Assembly (NCBI GenBank): GCA_016748015.1
Contig: JAAOMT010000723.1
Span: 157,349 to 221,348, forward strand
DNA length: 64,000 bases
Direction: 5' to 3'
Origin: Geosiphon pyriformis uo1
Lineage: Eukaryota; Fungi; Glomeromycota
The notes beneath the pieces were generated by a model. The model made no database searches and was not told the DNA's origin. It saw nothing but the letters and a program-made list of their open reading frames with translations. A program made the position numbers and the translations under genes. Below are positions 40,054-54,700 of the stretch, piece by piece (positions within the stretch are counted from its first letter, which is position 1; each line of letters begins with the position of its first letter).

Positions 40054-43000
40054 GTGTTTTTTGGTTTTTGTATTTTGTATTGGGATATCTTTTTGGTATC
40101 TCTGTATTGAATAATTTGTTAGTTGATAATAATTTTCATATTCCATTGTTAAATTAATTGAAAAGTTGTTGTGCTAGCAAGTGAATATTGTCAGTAATTT
40201 TCATTTTTTCTGATATCTTCTATCATGTTTATTATGTTTTTATATATTTTTTTGGTCAATCAATTTGATGTGTTTGTGTTAATAATGATGATTAGTTCTA
40301 GATTTCATGAAATTTTATCTGGTTAAACTAGTATTTTTTGTACTCCCAATTGTAAAATATTGTTAGTAGATAATGATACTATATTGTAATATAGTTTTAG
40401 TCAATCTCTATGTACTGTTTTGGTTAAAATTTTGTTGTTTAATCTTAATTTATAAGCTCTATTTTCTAAAATTTCTTTTATGTAAAATGGTCTGTTCTAT
40501 TTGGGATCAAATTTTCCATTCTATTGTTTTTCTGCTTTCGTATAATATAAAAAAAATTTGTCTCTAATCCTGAATTTAACTGGTTTATCTGGTAGTTGGT
40601 TATTGTGTCTTTTTTTTTGTTTTTTTTGTGACTTTTGGATATTATTAGCTGTTCTTTGTTATTTGTTTTCTAGCATTTCTATTAAGTCATATGTTTTTTT
40701 TAACAATGTTTCTTAGAAATTATCTTCTGTTATTGGTTTAGTTAGATATGTGTTGACTTTTATCTCAACTGGTAATATTGCTGTTCTACTGTATACTAAT
40801 TCAAATGATATTGCTTGTGTGGTGTTCTGCTTTATTGTCTGATAAGTAAATAATACTGATGGTATACACAAATCTCATTTATTCTGGTTTTTTTGGCTGA
40901 TTTTGGCAATTGCTTTACACAATATTCTGTTAAATTTTTCAACTAACCCATTTGTTTGTGAATGATATAGTAATAATAATGGTCTTTTTATTCCAAATCT
41001 TTGACTTAATTCTGTTAATGTTCTATTTACAAAGTGAGTTTCTTGATCTGATAATAGCTCTTTTGGATATCTATGTTGACAGATCAAATCTTAATAAACA
41101 AATTTGGCAATGAATTCTGCATCTGCTTTTTGAATGGCTTTTGCTTTTGGCCATTTAATGAGATAATCCATGACTACTGCAATATATTTGTTGTCTTTGC
41201 TAATGATTATTAATAGTTTAACTAAGTTAATTCTAATATGATCAAATAGTTGTCTCACTTTGATTAGTCTCAATGTTTTGTTGGGTTTTGTTTCTTCTCT
41301 TCTCTGACAAGCATTACAATTTTGAACATATTGGATAATATCTGAATATATTGATGGCCAATAGGATCTTTTTTTGGTTTTTTTTATGGTTGCTTTTTTG
41401 TAAAAATGTCCTGTTTTTGGATCAGAATAAATACTGAATAATATTGTTTTTTTCTCTGGTTCTGTGATTACTCTGGTTGGTTAATCTGGATTCTTTCTGT
41501 TTTTTTGATAAAGTATATTTTGGTAAGTGATAAAATATTTAGATTGTTGTTTAATATAGTTTCATTTATTTTGAGATAATTTTTCCTTGAACTGTTGAGT
41601 ATTTATAAAATGTTGAAGTTGTTGATATTTTTGTGTATTTATTTTTTGTTATATTTTTGGATTGGAATGTTCTTAAATTTGTCTTATCTGTAACAAACTA
41701 TTGGCAATTTTTTTTTTTTTGTAATGTATCATATAATCAAATAATAAAAGTTCTATTTTCTATTTAGCATGGTAATTATCTTCAAATTCTTGTTTCTGAA
41801 TTGAAGTCAATTCTTTATAATCAGTGTATATGTTAAATTTCTGACCTAATTATTCTTTCCATTTTATGACTGCCCAATAGATTGCTAAGTGTTCTAGTGT
41901 TAAAGTTCCATAGTTTTTTTCAGCTAGACTTAAACTGCAACTAGCATATGCTATTGGGTGTTCTTTTTCATCTGGTTTTTTTTGAGATAGTACAGCTCTT
42001 AATGCTTGATCTGACATATCTGTTGTAATTATGAATGGCTTGCTATGATTTAGGTAGATTAGTACTGGAGCTTGAATAAGCTTTCTTCTTAATATATCAA
42101 AAACTTCTTACTGGTTTTCCTTCTATTCATATTTGGTGTTCTTTGTTTGGAGTTGGTGTAATGGTTGAGCCAGTTTGGAAAAGTCTTTGATGAAGTGTTG
42201 GTAGTAATCTGCAAATCCTAAGAATGCTTGTAGTTTAGTCAAGTTGGTAAGTACTGAAAAGTTTTTAATTATCTCAATTTTGTCTAGATTTATCTTAATT
42301 CTGTCTTTGCTCATAATATGTTCCAAGAATTTTAATTCTGTTTTGTCAAAGAAACATTTAGTATTATTTAATTTTAATCTGGCTCTTCTTAGTTTTTTAA
42401 ATACTTGTTGAAGATAGTGTAAATGATCATCAAATGTTTTGGAAAACACATTGGTATTATCTAAATAAACAATTACTGACTTCTACAGTAGTCCAGTATA
42501 GACAATTTTCATAAGCCATTAAAATATGGCTGGAGCATTCATTAAGCCAAAAGACATAACTTCAAATTCAAAATTTTTTTCTCAGGTTGTAAAAGCTTTT
42601 TTCTCTTTATTTTCTGGTTTTATGGCTACTTGCTAGTAACCACTATCTAAATTTAATGTCAAAAACCATTTTTTTCCTCCAAAAGCATCAAATAATTTTT
42701 GGATTCATGAAGTTAGATAATTGTCTCTATGAATTACTCTATTGAGTTTTCTGTAATTCACACAAAAGTGAATCTTTCTATTTTTTTTTCGGATTAGCAC
42801 TACTGATAACAACCATAAACTTATTGATAATTGAATTAATCTATTGTTTAATATTTAATTGATTTTTTGTCAAATAATTTCATAACTTGCTAGTGGTACT
42901 TGGTATGCTTTTTGTTTGATTGGCATTGTATCTCTAATTTTGATCTGATGCTGAATTATGTCAGTTCTGCCAAATTTATTTTCACTAACAAAGATGTTAT

Positions 43001-43489
43001 TAAAGTTATTAAGTAACATCTTAAGCTATATATGTTGTAGTGGATCTAAATTTTTCAAGCTCATCTGTTCCAATTGTTCTGGTTATAGCAGATAACATGT
43101 TTCTTATCTGTATATTGTTTGTAATATAATATCTACATATCCACACAGCTGTGGAAAATCTGAAATGGTGTTTGGTAGTTGATTTTCAACTTTAGTAGTT
43201 AGATATTCAATAGTAATTCTTTTTTGTAGTTCAATGACATTTTCAGTTATATTGTAGATGAGAATTTTTATGTGTTTTGGGCTTTTGGCTGATATATACA
43301 GATTGGTAAGTCCAATTTTTCTTGATTCACAAATTGTAGCTTCTGTTTCAAATAGTTGAGCTTGATCTTTCACTTTCCTTTCTATAGCTAACATGTACTG
43401 GCCATATGGCAGAATTGAAATTGGTTGACAAATAGAGATAATTTCTCCTTTGTTAATAACTTTTTTTTCTGCCATATTAACTGATATAT

Positions 43490-43889
43490 CTATTCTTCTC
43501 ATGAATTCGAATCTACTTATCCTTTTAACTGTAATTTTTAGTTCTTTCTTATCTTTCACTAATAATAACTGAGCTATTTTAACCAAAGGTAAGAATATTG
43601 TCTGTGCTATTTTTTTGTTTGGCTCTATGATATAGATCTTTTTTGAGTTATTTTGTAGTATTGCAATAATATTTCCTATATATTCTGCATCAATTATTTC
43701 TTCTTTAATGTTAATCTCTTTTTTTGCTAAACTATTCCTGGATGCTAACTGAACCATTGTTGTTGCTAGAATTTCCAATGCTACCTTTAGATCAATATAT
43801 GTATGCAAATGTGGTTCCAATTTGATGGTCTTTTTTCTTGGATATCTCAAATCAAACTTTGTATTGGTATTATGTGTGTATTCTGGCAT
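43490..43889 (-). pseudogene. dUTPase domain in the pol of element A
   Basis: HNTNTKFDLRYP, QLASRNSLAKK, IIDAEYIGNI, KIAQTIF, RISRFEF: degenerate motifs 1-5. Confidence 0.8.
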
Positions 43890-44860
43890 GATACCTTTAT
43901 TATTATTGCTGAACTATTTAAGTTCTTGCTCTTTGGTAAGATTAGGAAATGCAATATATTGTTCTGGGTTTAAATCAGAGTCTAAATTGTTGTTATTTTT
44001 GTTATTATTTGGAATAGAGCTAGAACTATTGTTTTCATCATTATCATTGTTAGAGTTTAAATTAGAATTGAACTGTAATTCCAATTCTAATATACAGCTG
44101 TTAATTGGTTTGTCTTCTTCTGAAATTGTGTAGATCATGTGTGATAGTAAATTGTAAATAAGATCACACTCATTACAATACTAGAAGTTATATGGAATTA
44201 AATAGTGGTCACATAATTGGGTGTTTAGCTGTTCTAATCATTGTTCTTGCTCTTCTCTTGTTGGTGCCAAGCACTGGTAATGCTCATAAAATTCTTTTGG
44301 ATTGTTCTTAACATTGCCAAAAACATCAAAAGTTGAGATGTATTCGGGTTTAGAAAGTAATAAGAAGTTGTTTTTAATTTCCAGTAATTTACTGGTTGTC
44401 ACACCTTCTGCTTTCACACTTGCCATTCTCAAAATCTCATGTTTGTTGTGGGGATATCTTTTTAATTATCACAATGCTTTTTTTCATGCATCATCAATTG
44501 GAGTTTCTTTTTGTACTCAGTCATTTATTAGGATTGTATATTGGCACATTTCATTATATATTCCTCTACATCCAAGAATGTCATTTCATATTTCTTTATT
44601 GGATAAGATGGTTCCATAGGCAAGACAAGGCTCATTATCTTATTTTTCTTGCTGTTTTGATCATTCAAACTATTTGAGAATGCAAAAATGACAATAGAAT
44701 TTTGTTGCTGTTGGATATTTTTCATTGTTGCCACAACATGTGCCCATTGATGACAATTTCTTGTCACAATTAATACACACCAGTTTTAGTTGGCAATAGT
44801 TATATGGTTGTGATAAAGTATAGCTGTATAAGATATAAGTTGTAGTAGTTGTTGGTGTCA

Positions 44861-44900
<40 letters not shown>

Positions 44901-47869
44901 GTTTTTTTCCATTTCCAAATTGGTGTTAGTTCATCCTGATTGTTGTCAGTCCACAATATTTGATCATTATTTCAGATATGTTCTTCTTTTCACTTTTCTT
45001 TTCCTTTATTGTTCCATAAAAGTATGAACAGTAGTTTGTTGTATTCATTGTTGGCCTACAAGACTTGGTAGGCTTCCCAGGTAGGTTTTTTTTTTTTTCT
45101 TCAAGCTCAATTAATGGTGCTAGAATGTGAGTGGTTTTGAAGTGACTACACATGGCTGGTACACATGTGTGTTATCTGTTCTGACTGAGTTGTTTTTCTT
45201 GGATGTTTTAGTTTAGCACAGCATTGGTCTTGGATAACCAGTCATTACCAACTAATGCTTAATATTGGGTGGCTTCTATGATGAGAACTTTGATTGGTAT
45301 GACAATACCACTGACTTCAAAAGAGAAGTTGTTGATTTCATCTATTGGAGTCTTTGTTGTTCCATCAATAGTGATTATTTGCATACTGACTTTGGCAACT
45401 TAATTAATCCATAAGTTATTGAGTGATAATGCTGCCAACTAATCTACTGTCTAGAATTAGTTTAATGGGCTGACTATTAACTTTAGCATCTGTATATATT
45501 GCAGTGATGGGTTTTGATTCTAGAGCAGCTTCACTAAATAGTGATATTTCAACTAGTTTCTTGAGTTCAAAAAAAAAGATGGTGGTAAGTAATTTATTTT
45601 TGGTAATGGTTTTTGGTAGTATGTTGTTGGTAAGTAACTGCTTTTGTTTGGATTCCAGTTTATTGGGTAAGGCATCTTCTGGGATAATTAGAAGACTTAA
45701 ATAGTTCTGGGAATTTGGGTTTTGGCTGCACCCAATTTCCGAACTCTACTGCTGTAATTCTGCTGGCTGCTGAGATGAGCTGAGGATCAGCTGATGCATC
45801 ACTATTGCCAAATGCCAGTTCTGTTGAGTGTGTGTGATTTTTGGTCTCGGATTTCCAGATATATAAGCTGAATTTTAGGGCAGTATAGTAATGAATTGTG
45901 GTTGATAAATTACTTGTGGCTGTGGTTAATAAATAACTGGAGCTGAAGTTTGATAGATTGGAAGTATGTATATTGGTTGTTGTGTTATTTGTGGATAATG
46001 GGGTTGATATTGATATGGTTCAGTTGATAAATTGTTAGTGTAATTCTGGGTTTAAAATCTGCAATTGGGGTTTTGATATTAATTATCCAATTATTAACTA
46101 TTAATTCTGACATGGCAGTCAACCCTGATGTGACCTTGTTTACCACAATTGTGGCAAATCTGTGTTTTTTACTGCCATGATGATTGTGTTGCTGCAGAAC
46201 ATGACTGATTTTGGTGCTGATCAATGGTTTTGGAATTGTCATGACATTGTGATAGTTGATATATAGCCTGATTATTATTAGTTAAGTATTTCTCTAGTTT
46301 TTGATTAATTGAATTACTGAATTGTTTCAATTTAGAATCCAATTCAGATAATTTGTTTATTACTAGATTGATGGCTTGGGCATAATTTGTTTTGAATTTG
46401 GTGAATTCGAAATCTCATGCATTGATAACTGCATCTTAGAGAGTTTGTGGGTACATTAAACATATATATTGGAGAATGCTACTGCATAATTCACAAATAA
46501 ACTGGTTTAGAATCTGTGGTACTGTAAAGTAATTCATGTCAATCACTTGTATTTGACACAAGTTTTTATGGAAGTGTCCAAGATAAGTAGTAACTGCTTT
46601 AGTTTCTCCTTGTTTAATGGTGGTGAAGGTATTGGCTAAGTGGTTAATACTATTATTATTGTTAAAATATCTCAAAAACTTCATTTTAAATGCATCAATG
46701 GTGATAGATTTGTTGATCAATCTTTGATACCATGAATTGGCGGTATTTTGCAAAAAGTATGGAATGGCCTGTAAGACCCTAACATCATCTCAATTGTTAG
46801 TAGTAATTGCTTTGGTGATGTTGTTAAGCCAAATTTGGGTGTTATCTTCTTTACCAGTAAATTTTTCTAATTTGGTAATAGAGGTGTATGCCATTGGTAT
46901 TATGACTTGTTGCTGTTGCTATAGTGGTTGAGGTTGCTGTTGTAGTTGCTGCTGAAATAGTGGTGATGATTGCTATTGTTGTTTGGCAATTAGTGAGACT
47001 GGTGATGAATTGATCACAATTATTGGAAGTAAGTTTTAGGGAACAATAAGAGCAGTGTTTGGATTATTTTGGTGTTGCTGAATTGGAATAATTGGGATTT
47101 CAATTTCCAGGTTTTCTAGAATCAAATTTTGACTATTAATTTCTTGATTGCTGTCTTTCTCTTCTTCAGAGTTGGTTATCTCCCAAGAACTAGTGGCTCT
47201 AAAATCTGGTTGTGTTGATAGTAATCAAATTTCTAATGGCATTGGAAATCATAATTTGAATTTTTTAAAATAATCACTATATGTTCTTAGTAACTCAGCT
47301 TTTTTTTGTTTACTTTGAAATGAAATTCTGTTTAATGATATTGTCGTGTTTATTGTGGATGTGTCTGTTGATGTTATATTAATAGTGCTGCTAGGTGTGT
47401 AGTAATATGATGGATTCACAGAGAAATCAACTCTTTGTTTCTTTCAAATAGGGTAATTGTATTTGCTTTGGGGTTCTTATTAGTGCTTGTAGCCTTCCTT
47501 TTTCTTTGTTTACAAAAGTGATAGAGAATTTTTGTTTAGTGTATTTTTTAATTTTTCTGTTTATTTCTGTAATTATTGGAGCAAATAAATAATTCTATGA
47601 CAATGTAATAGTTTAAAGTAGTTTACTGAAGAAATTGTTGAAAACAGATTTTGGATCTTCTTGTCCTCCCAAGTAATATACAATTTTTTCATTGACATAG
47701 TAATTGAAAGCTGATTCTGCTGGCCAATTATTATTTGTTAATTTTAGATGACTTTTGTAATACTGGAATAAGGATTTTACAAATTCCAAGTGGTTTGTCT
47801 CTGCTTCTTCTGATTCCACCACTGTTTTAGATGGTTGTTGCTGGTGTTAGTTCTCTGTTGGATTATATT

Positions 47870-47886
47870 TTATAGGGAGCACTAAA
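47870..47886 (-). promoter_or_regulatory. Putative primer-binding site of element A
   Basis: The - strand reads gtaaca|tttagtgctccc, matching the element C junction gtaaca|tttggtgctctc. Confidence 0.65.
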
Positions 47887-48739
47887 TGTTACAGGTGATT
47901 ATTTGGGGTCTTAAATCAAATAACAAATCTGTAACTTGGTGCTTAATAGTTGTTATGGATATTGATTTTTTCTAAAAAATTTTGTATCTAAAGATTTTGA
48001 TTGAAGTTCTTTGTATAATGAACAGAGATTCAAGTGTGTTTTTCTTTTAGTGATGCTTCTGTATTAACCCTTGGGTTAATGTGGTTTGTTGTTCATCACT
48101 TCCTGAAATCACAATTCTGTCAATTTTTTTTTCAGTATGGTGACCAGCAATTTCCTGATAAGCTATTTTTAAATTAAGTATCTATTCTTTTTCCTGGGTC
48201 TTTTACCAATACTATACTCTAATGTTATTAATTTAGCACTTAATCCTTAATTAATTAATATACAACAATAAAAAAAAAAGATAACAAAGAAAAATAAGCC
48301 AAGGTGATTAAGTTAGTATTTTGTTAATAGCCATGATCAAGAGCTATTGTTTCAGTGTAGTCAAGTATGGATTACTATCAACATAAAGTGTTGATAGTAA
48401 AAAGTGAATTGAGATAGCAAATAGTTATTTATTAATATTTATGACTTGAAAAATTGCTTAAATAAAATCTAAACTAAAAGATCTGTCTTTTTTACTTCTA
48501 ATACTACTGTATATAATTGAGATTCTTTACACCAGAAATCTTGGAATTTCTGGAATTCTGCAATTCTTTTAAGAGAAATTCTGGAATTCTAAAATCCTGT
48601 AATTTTTTGTATGAGAATCCTAAAATTTCTGGAATTCTACAATTCTTCTAAGCAGAATTCTGGAATTTCACATTTACTATGGCTATTTTTGATTGGTTAA
48701 TTTATATGCTAATATACTTTTTATATTCTATAAGTAACA
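47887..48739 (-). repeat. 5' LTR of element A (853 bp)
   Basis: Perfect TGTTAC...GTAACA inverted termini, adjacent to the PBS. Internal TCTGGAATT repeats at 48530-48670. Confidence 0.8.
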
Positions 48740-51700
48740 CTAATTACTGATTTTAAACTCCAAATTATAACCAAAATCAGAATCAGTATTAGTCTTATTA
48801 CATTCAAATGATATAACAACTGATATATGTACCTCTAATTTATCAAGTTCTAGCACCTATTATTTATCAATTACAACAGCCACAAATAATTTATCAAACT
48901 TTACCAATTCAAGCGCTGCCACAAAATTCAGCTCAAATATTATTTAGAAATCAAAGCCCAAGAATTACACACATTTAACAGAATTGGAGATTAGCAATAG
49001 TTATATATTAGCCAATCTCCAGTTTATTATCACAGTTATCAAAATTATGCCAGTAGAGTTCAGGAACTGAATATATTCAAAACCTGAATTTTCAGAACTA
49101 TTTAAGTCTCTTAGTAACCCCAAAAGTTGCCATATTTAATCTATTGGAAACTCACCAAAACCAAAAACTTACCAATAATATTTTACTAGCAACTGTTACA
49201 GAGGATGAATCACTTACAATCATATTTTTCTTCAAATTAAAAACCTTATTAGAAACATTATTATTTAATAAAGCTGCTTTTAATACCAAATCAATTACTG
49301 TTATATATACTGATATTAAAGTTAATAGCCATCCTATCAAGCTAATCTTTAATAGTAGTTTAGTAAACAGCATTATTACTTGACAACTCATGAACCAATT
49401 AAATTGCTAAATTAATTATGCTGTCAGCACCAGAATTATTATTACTAATGGAGTGATAAAAATGGCTATTGGTTAGATTAATAACTTTTTATTTGAAGTC
49501 AACAGCATTATAATATTCATCAAGATTTTTATAATAAAAGCCATACAGTACTAAGCTTTCATTGGTAATAACTGGCTGTTCAAAACCAATACTATGCTTG
49601 ACTAAAATACCTAAAAGCTACAGCTTAGTTAAAATGGTTTACAAACTTAAGTATCTGCTACTTGTAATCATTTTAAACCATCCACTATGCATTTACTGAT
49701 AAAATTTGAGAAAAAAAAAGAAAAACCCATCTGGAAAACTTATTAAGTTTCATGAATTAACAAAGATCACAATAAACTATTACCAATTCTGATCTGAAAA
49801 AAAAGACAACTTCAAGCTACTATCTCAACATATATTTTATATGATATTACACTACCAAGACAACCAACTTATTACTGATCCAAACTAATTTGCATTAATT
49901 GTGATAAGAAATTGTTAACAATAGACATATAATGATAAATAACCAATAACAATTAAGTACTATTGTTGTCCATATGTTTTTGAATGATTTGAACAATCTA
50001 AACAATAGGGAAAATGAAACAATAAGTCTTGTTTTATATGTAAAACAATTCTTCTTAATGAAAAAATGTGGAACAACATTCTTAAACAAGAAAAAACATA
50101 CAATGAATTGTATTGGTATAAAATTTTAATTAACAACTGGATATAAAGAAAGACTTTAATCAATGCCACTTGAAAATGAGTGCTGAGACAATTGGAAGAT
50201 TATCTACATAACAAACACAAGATTTGAAGAATAGTAAGTGCCAAAGCTAAAAATGCTTCACCTAATAAAATATTGAAAATCAAAAATAACCCATTAACTT
50301 TTTTTAAACCCAAATTTGTCTTAACTTTTAATATCTTTGATGACATCATAGACAATTCAAAACAATTTTACAAGCACTACTAAAACTTAGCACCAACTTG
50401 TAAAAAGCAAAAGCAAAGACTAAAACAATTAAATATAAGATTGTATAAATATTGCCTAATTTCCAATGACTTTGAATATTATAATAATTGTGATCTTATC
50501 TACAATCTACTATTATACATGATCTATTTGATTCCTAAAGAAGCAAAATCAATCAGCAAATGTGCAACAGAATTGAAATCAAAATTTAATCTTAATTCAA
50601 ACTCTGACAATAATAATAACAATAGTTTTAACTTTATTCACTATAGCAATAACAATTTAAACTCCAATTACAATCTTAAATAATGTATTACACTTTTATA
50701 ACTGTTAATAAAACAGAAACTAAAATAGTTTAACAATAATAATAAAGATATTATATCAGAATACATGCATAATACCAATGCAGGATTTGATTTCAAATAT
50801 CCAGGAAAAACTGTCATCAATTAAAACCATATTTGTGTACCAGTATAGATCTAGAAATTTTGGCAATAATAATGATTCAACTAGTCTTTAAATCTAGTTT
50901 AGTAAAAAAAAGATTAATATCAAAGAAGAAATAATTGATGCAAGATATATAGAAAATATCATTATAATACTATAAAATAACTCAGAAAAAAGATATGTAA
51001 TTGAACCAAATAAAAAAATAACACAGACAATATTCTTGTCTTTGGTTAAAATAGCCCAATTAATATTAGTAGAAACAAAGAAAAAGTTAGGAATTACAGC
51101 AAAAAAAATAAAAAAATTTGAATTCACAAGTAAAATAAATGTATTAGTTAATATAATAAAGGAAGAAACTATTAATAAGGGAAAAATTATTTCTATTTAT
51201 CAATCAATTTCTATTCTACTATATGACTAGTACATAGTAGTTATAGAGAAGAAAGTAAAAAACCAAACCCAAATTTTTGAAGCTAAAACAAATATTTATA
51301 AATCAGAAAAAATTGCTATTATTAATCTTTACATACCAGTCAAGAACAACAAACACATTAAGATCTCTATATACAATACAACTAAAGACACCATAGAAGT
51401 ACCAAATGGAATCATTATTAGATACTTAAGCACTAAAATTGAGAACCAATTATTTATTACCATTCCAGACTTTCTACAGCTTTGTAGATATGTAGATATT
51501 ACATCACAAATAATATACAGACAAGATGAATATTATTTGCTTTAACCAGTATTACAGTTCAAGAATTTAATAGAAATTATAAATAATATAAATTAGCCAA
51601 TCATAAAATAGCACAGCAACAATTTATAAAAAGAAATAATTTACAAATAACAGCAAGCACTATTTTACAATAGCAGCAAACACTATTGTGCAAAAACAGC

Positions 51701-54700
51701 AAGCACTATTTTACAATAGCAGCAAGCACTATCGTGCAAAAGCAGCAAGCACTATTTTACAATAGCAACAAGCACTATTTAGAAATAATAAAAATAGAAT
51801 ATTACAAGACATTATTTTGTAAAACAATAATTATATATATATACAATAATTTTTAATGATGATAAAAAAAACAGCTTCAACTAGAAGCAACAAATATCTA
51901 AATAAAATCTTATTCAAAAAGAATTAATAAAAAAAATAATAAATTGAATAAACATTACAATTACAAGATTAACAATAGAATTCACATACTCTCTTTAGCA
52001 AATGAAACTATCATTCTATCTTTGAACTCTTTGAAAGAATAATTTCTGATCAAAATTATTCATGTGGTTACTAATTAAATTGAAAAAAGCTTTATTATAT
52101 ACTTAAGAAAATTGCAAAAAGGCCATTAACATTTCGTGTTTTTAGATTAGAGAAACACATTAGACAATTGCAAAAATAGCCTCAGAGAAGATCTCAGACA
52201 GTGAGTAGATTTCAGATTAGCCTCTGGGAAGAAGTACACAACATACAAAGACAACTAGAATTAAAGAGAAAACTTATATCACAACATCAAGAGAAAACCT
52301 TTAGTGTATTATCATTAATATTCAACACATAAAATTAAGGAACTCATAAGAGACTAATTGCAATTAAAACAGGATATTAACAATTAAAATATACCAAAAA
52401 AACACTCCCATAACACCAGAACAATTGAAACAAATGAATTTAAGAAACTTAAATTTACTTCAATATATATAATTCAAGATACTACTTAACAATTTCACTG
52501 ATGTTTTTGCCAGTAAAAATGAATTTAACAGAACTGATATTATCTAACATCAGATCAAAACTGAAAATACAATGCCAATCAAACAAAGAACATATAAAAT
52601 ACTATTAGCTAGCCATAAAATTATTCGACAGAAAATCAACAAAATATTGAACAATGAATTAATTCAATTATTAATAAGTCTATAGTCATTACCAGTAGTA
52701 CTTGTCTGTAAAAAGAATAGAAAAATCCACTTTTGTGTGAATTATAGAAAGTTCAACAGTATTACTTGTGAAGATAGTTATCTAACTTTACAAATCCAAA
52801 AATTATTCAATGCTTTTAGAGAAAAAAAATGGTTTTTAACACTAAACTTAAACAGTAATTACTGGCAAGTAGCCATGAATTTAACCAATAAAGAGAAAAC
52901 AGTATTTACAACCAGAGAAAAAAACTTTGAATTTAATGTTATGTTATTTGACTTAATTAATGCTATATCTATCTTTTAATAGCCTATGGAAATTGTTTAT
53001 ACTAAATTATTATGGAAATCAGTAATAGTCTACTTAGATAACACTAATATGTTTTCCAAAACATTTAACAATTATTTCTACTATCTATAACAAGTGTTTG
53101 AAAAACTAAGAAGAACTAAACTAAAGTTAAATGTTACTAAGTATTTCTTTGGAAAAACTGAATTCAAGTTTTTGGGATATGTTATAAGCAAAGATGACAT
53201 CAAAATGAATTCAGATAAAATTAAAATAGTTAAGAACTTTCTAGTATTAACCAACTTAACAGAACTAAGAGTATTCTTGAAATTCACAAAATACTATTGT
53301 CATTTTATCCAAAACTTCTCCAAATTGGCTCAACTATTTTATTAGCTCCAAACAAAAAATGTCAAATATGAATAGATAGAAACTCAACAAAAAAGTTTCA
53401 ACATTTTAAGAAAAAAGTTTATTTAAGCTTCAGTATTGATTTATTTAGATCATAACAAACCATTTATCATTACAATAGATGCATCAGATCAAACATTAGG
53501 AGCCATATTGTTTTAAAAAAGATCAAATAAACAAGAACATCCAGTAGTATATGCTAGCAGAAGTTTAAGTCCAGTTAAAAAAAATTATACAACTCCAGCA
53601 TTAGAATACTTAGCTATCTATTGGATTGTTATCAAATAAAAAGAATATTTAAATCAAAAGTTTGACATATACACAAATCACAAGAAATCAACATTAATTC
53701 AGAAGCAAAAATTTGGAAATAATTATTATATAAGATAAAAAATAGAACTATTACTATTTAATTATATCATATATTATAAAAAGGAAAAAAAAAAACAGAA
53801 ATGTTAATGGTTTGTCATAAATAAAACAAATTTAAGAACATTTTAACTTAAAAATATCACAAAAAATAAACACACAAAAATACCAACAATTCTAATATTA
53901 TATTAATACTTAACAGTTCAAGAAAAAATTATCTCAAAAAAAACAAAACAACATAAAACAACAAGCAAAATATTTGATTATTTACCAAAATATATTATAC
54001 CAGTAAAACAGAAAATATTCAGATCAGCCATTCAAAGTAATTACAAAGCCAGAAAAAAAACAATACTATTCAATATGCATTCAAATCCAATAGCAAAACA
54101 TTTTTATAAAAAAGCAATTATGGAAAGAACCAGAAAAAAATATTATTGGCCATTTATATATTCAGATATTATTCAATATATTCAAAATTATGATGTTTGT
54201 TAGAGAAAAAAAAGAACAAGATCCAGTAAACTGCTAAAACCAATCAAAGTAAAACAACTATTTAATTAAATTGGAATTGACTTAATTAAACCATTAACAA
54301 TAATCAACAAAAGCAATTAGTACATAGCAATAACCATAGACTATTTTACAAAATAGCCAGAAACAAAAGCAATTCAAAGAACAGATACAGAATTCATAGC
54401 TGAATTCATACACCAAGATTTAATTTGTCAACATAGATGTCCAAAAAAATTATTATCAGATCAAGAAACTTACTTTGTAAACAAAACATTAACAAAATTA
54501 AGTCAAAGATTTAGAATCAAAAGATCATTATTATCATTATATTATTCATAAATAAATAACTTAATCGAAATGTTCAACAAAATATTGTGTAAAACAATAA
54601 CTAAGATCAACCAAAAAAACCAGGATAAATGGAATTTATTTATATTATAAGTATTATTTGCTTATTAGACAATAAAACAAGATATCACATAAGCAACACT

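Larger units (their letters stand above)
40054..48739 (-). mobile_element. Ty3/Gypsy element A (5' LTR-PBS-gag-PR-Cys-rich-dUTPase-RT-RNase H-INT; 3' LTR missing)
   Basis: On the - strand: gag LQAIPYFLQNTANSWYQ (~46750), knuckle CHNCGKQGHIRVDC (~46110-46160), protease IKLILDS (~45460), dUTPase 43490-43889, RT VYLDNTNVFS/LKLN (~42120-42960), RNase H (~41690-42070), integrase LLSDQETHF and GLVEKFNRIL (~40300-41640). Confidence 0.92.

Noticed and set aside
51647-51790. Regularly spaced direct repeats resembling a CRISPR array
   Set aside because: The units are contiguous 23-mers with recurring 8-nt variable parts, there are no unique spacers or cas genes, and they lie inside a eukaryotic LTR.
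39263-52415. The two matching LTRs as the ends of a single 13-kb element
   Set aside because: Copy 2 has its own CCAG TSD inside B's pol, and the interior consists of two oppositely oriented elements.
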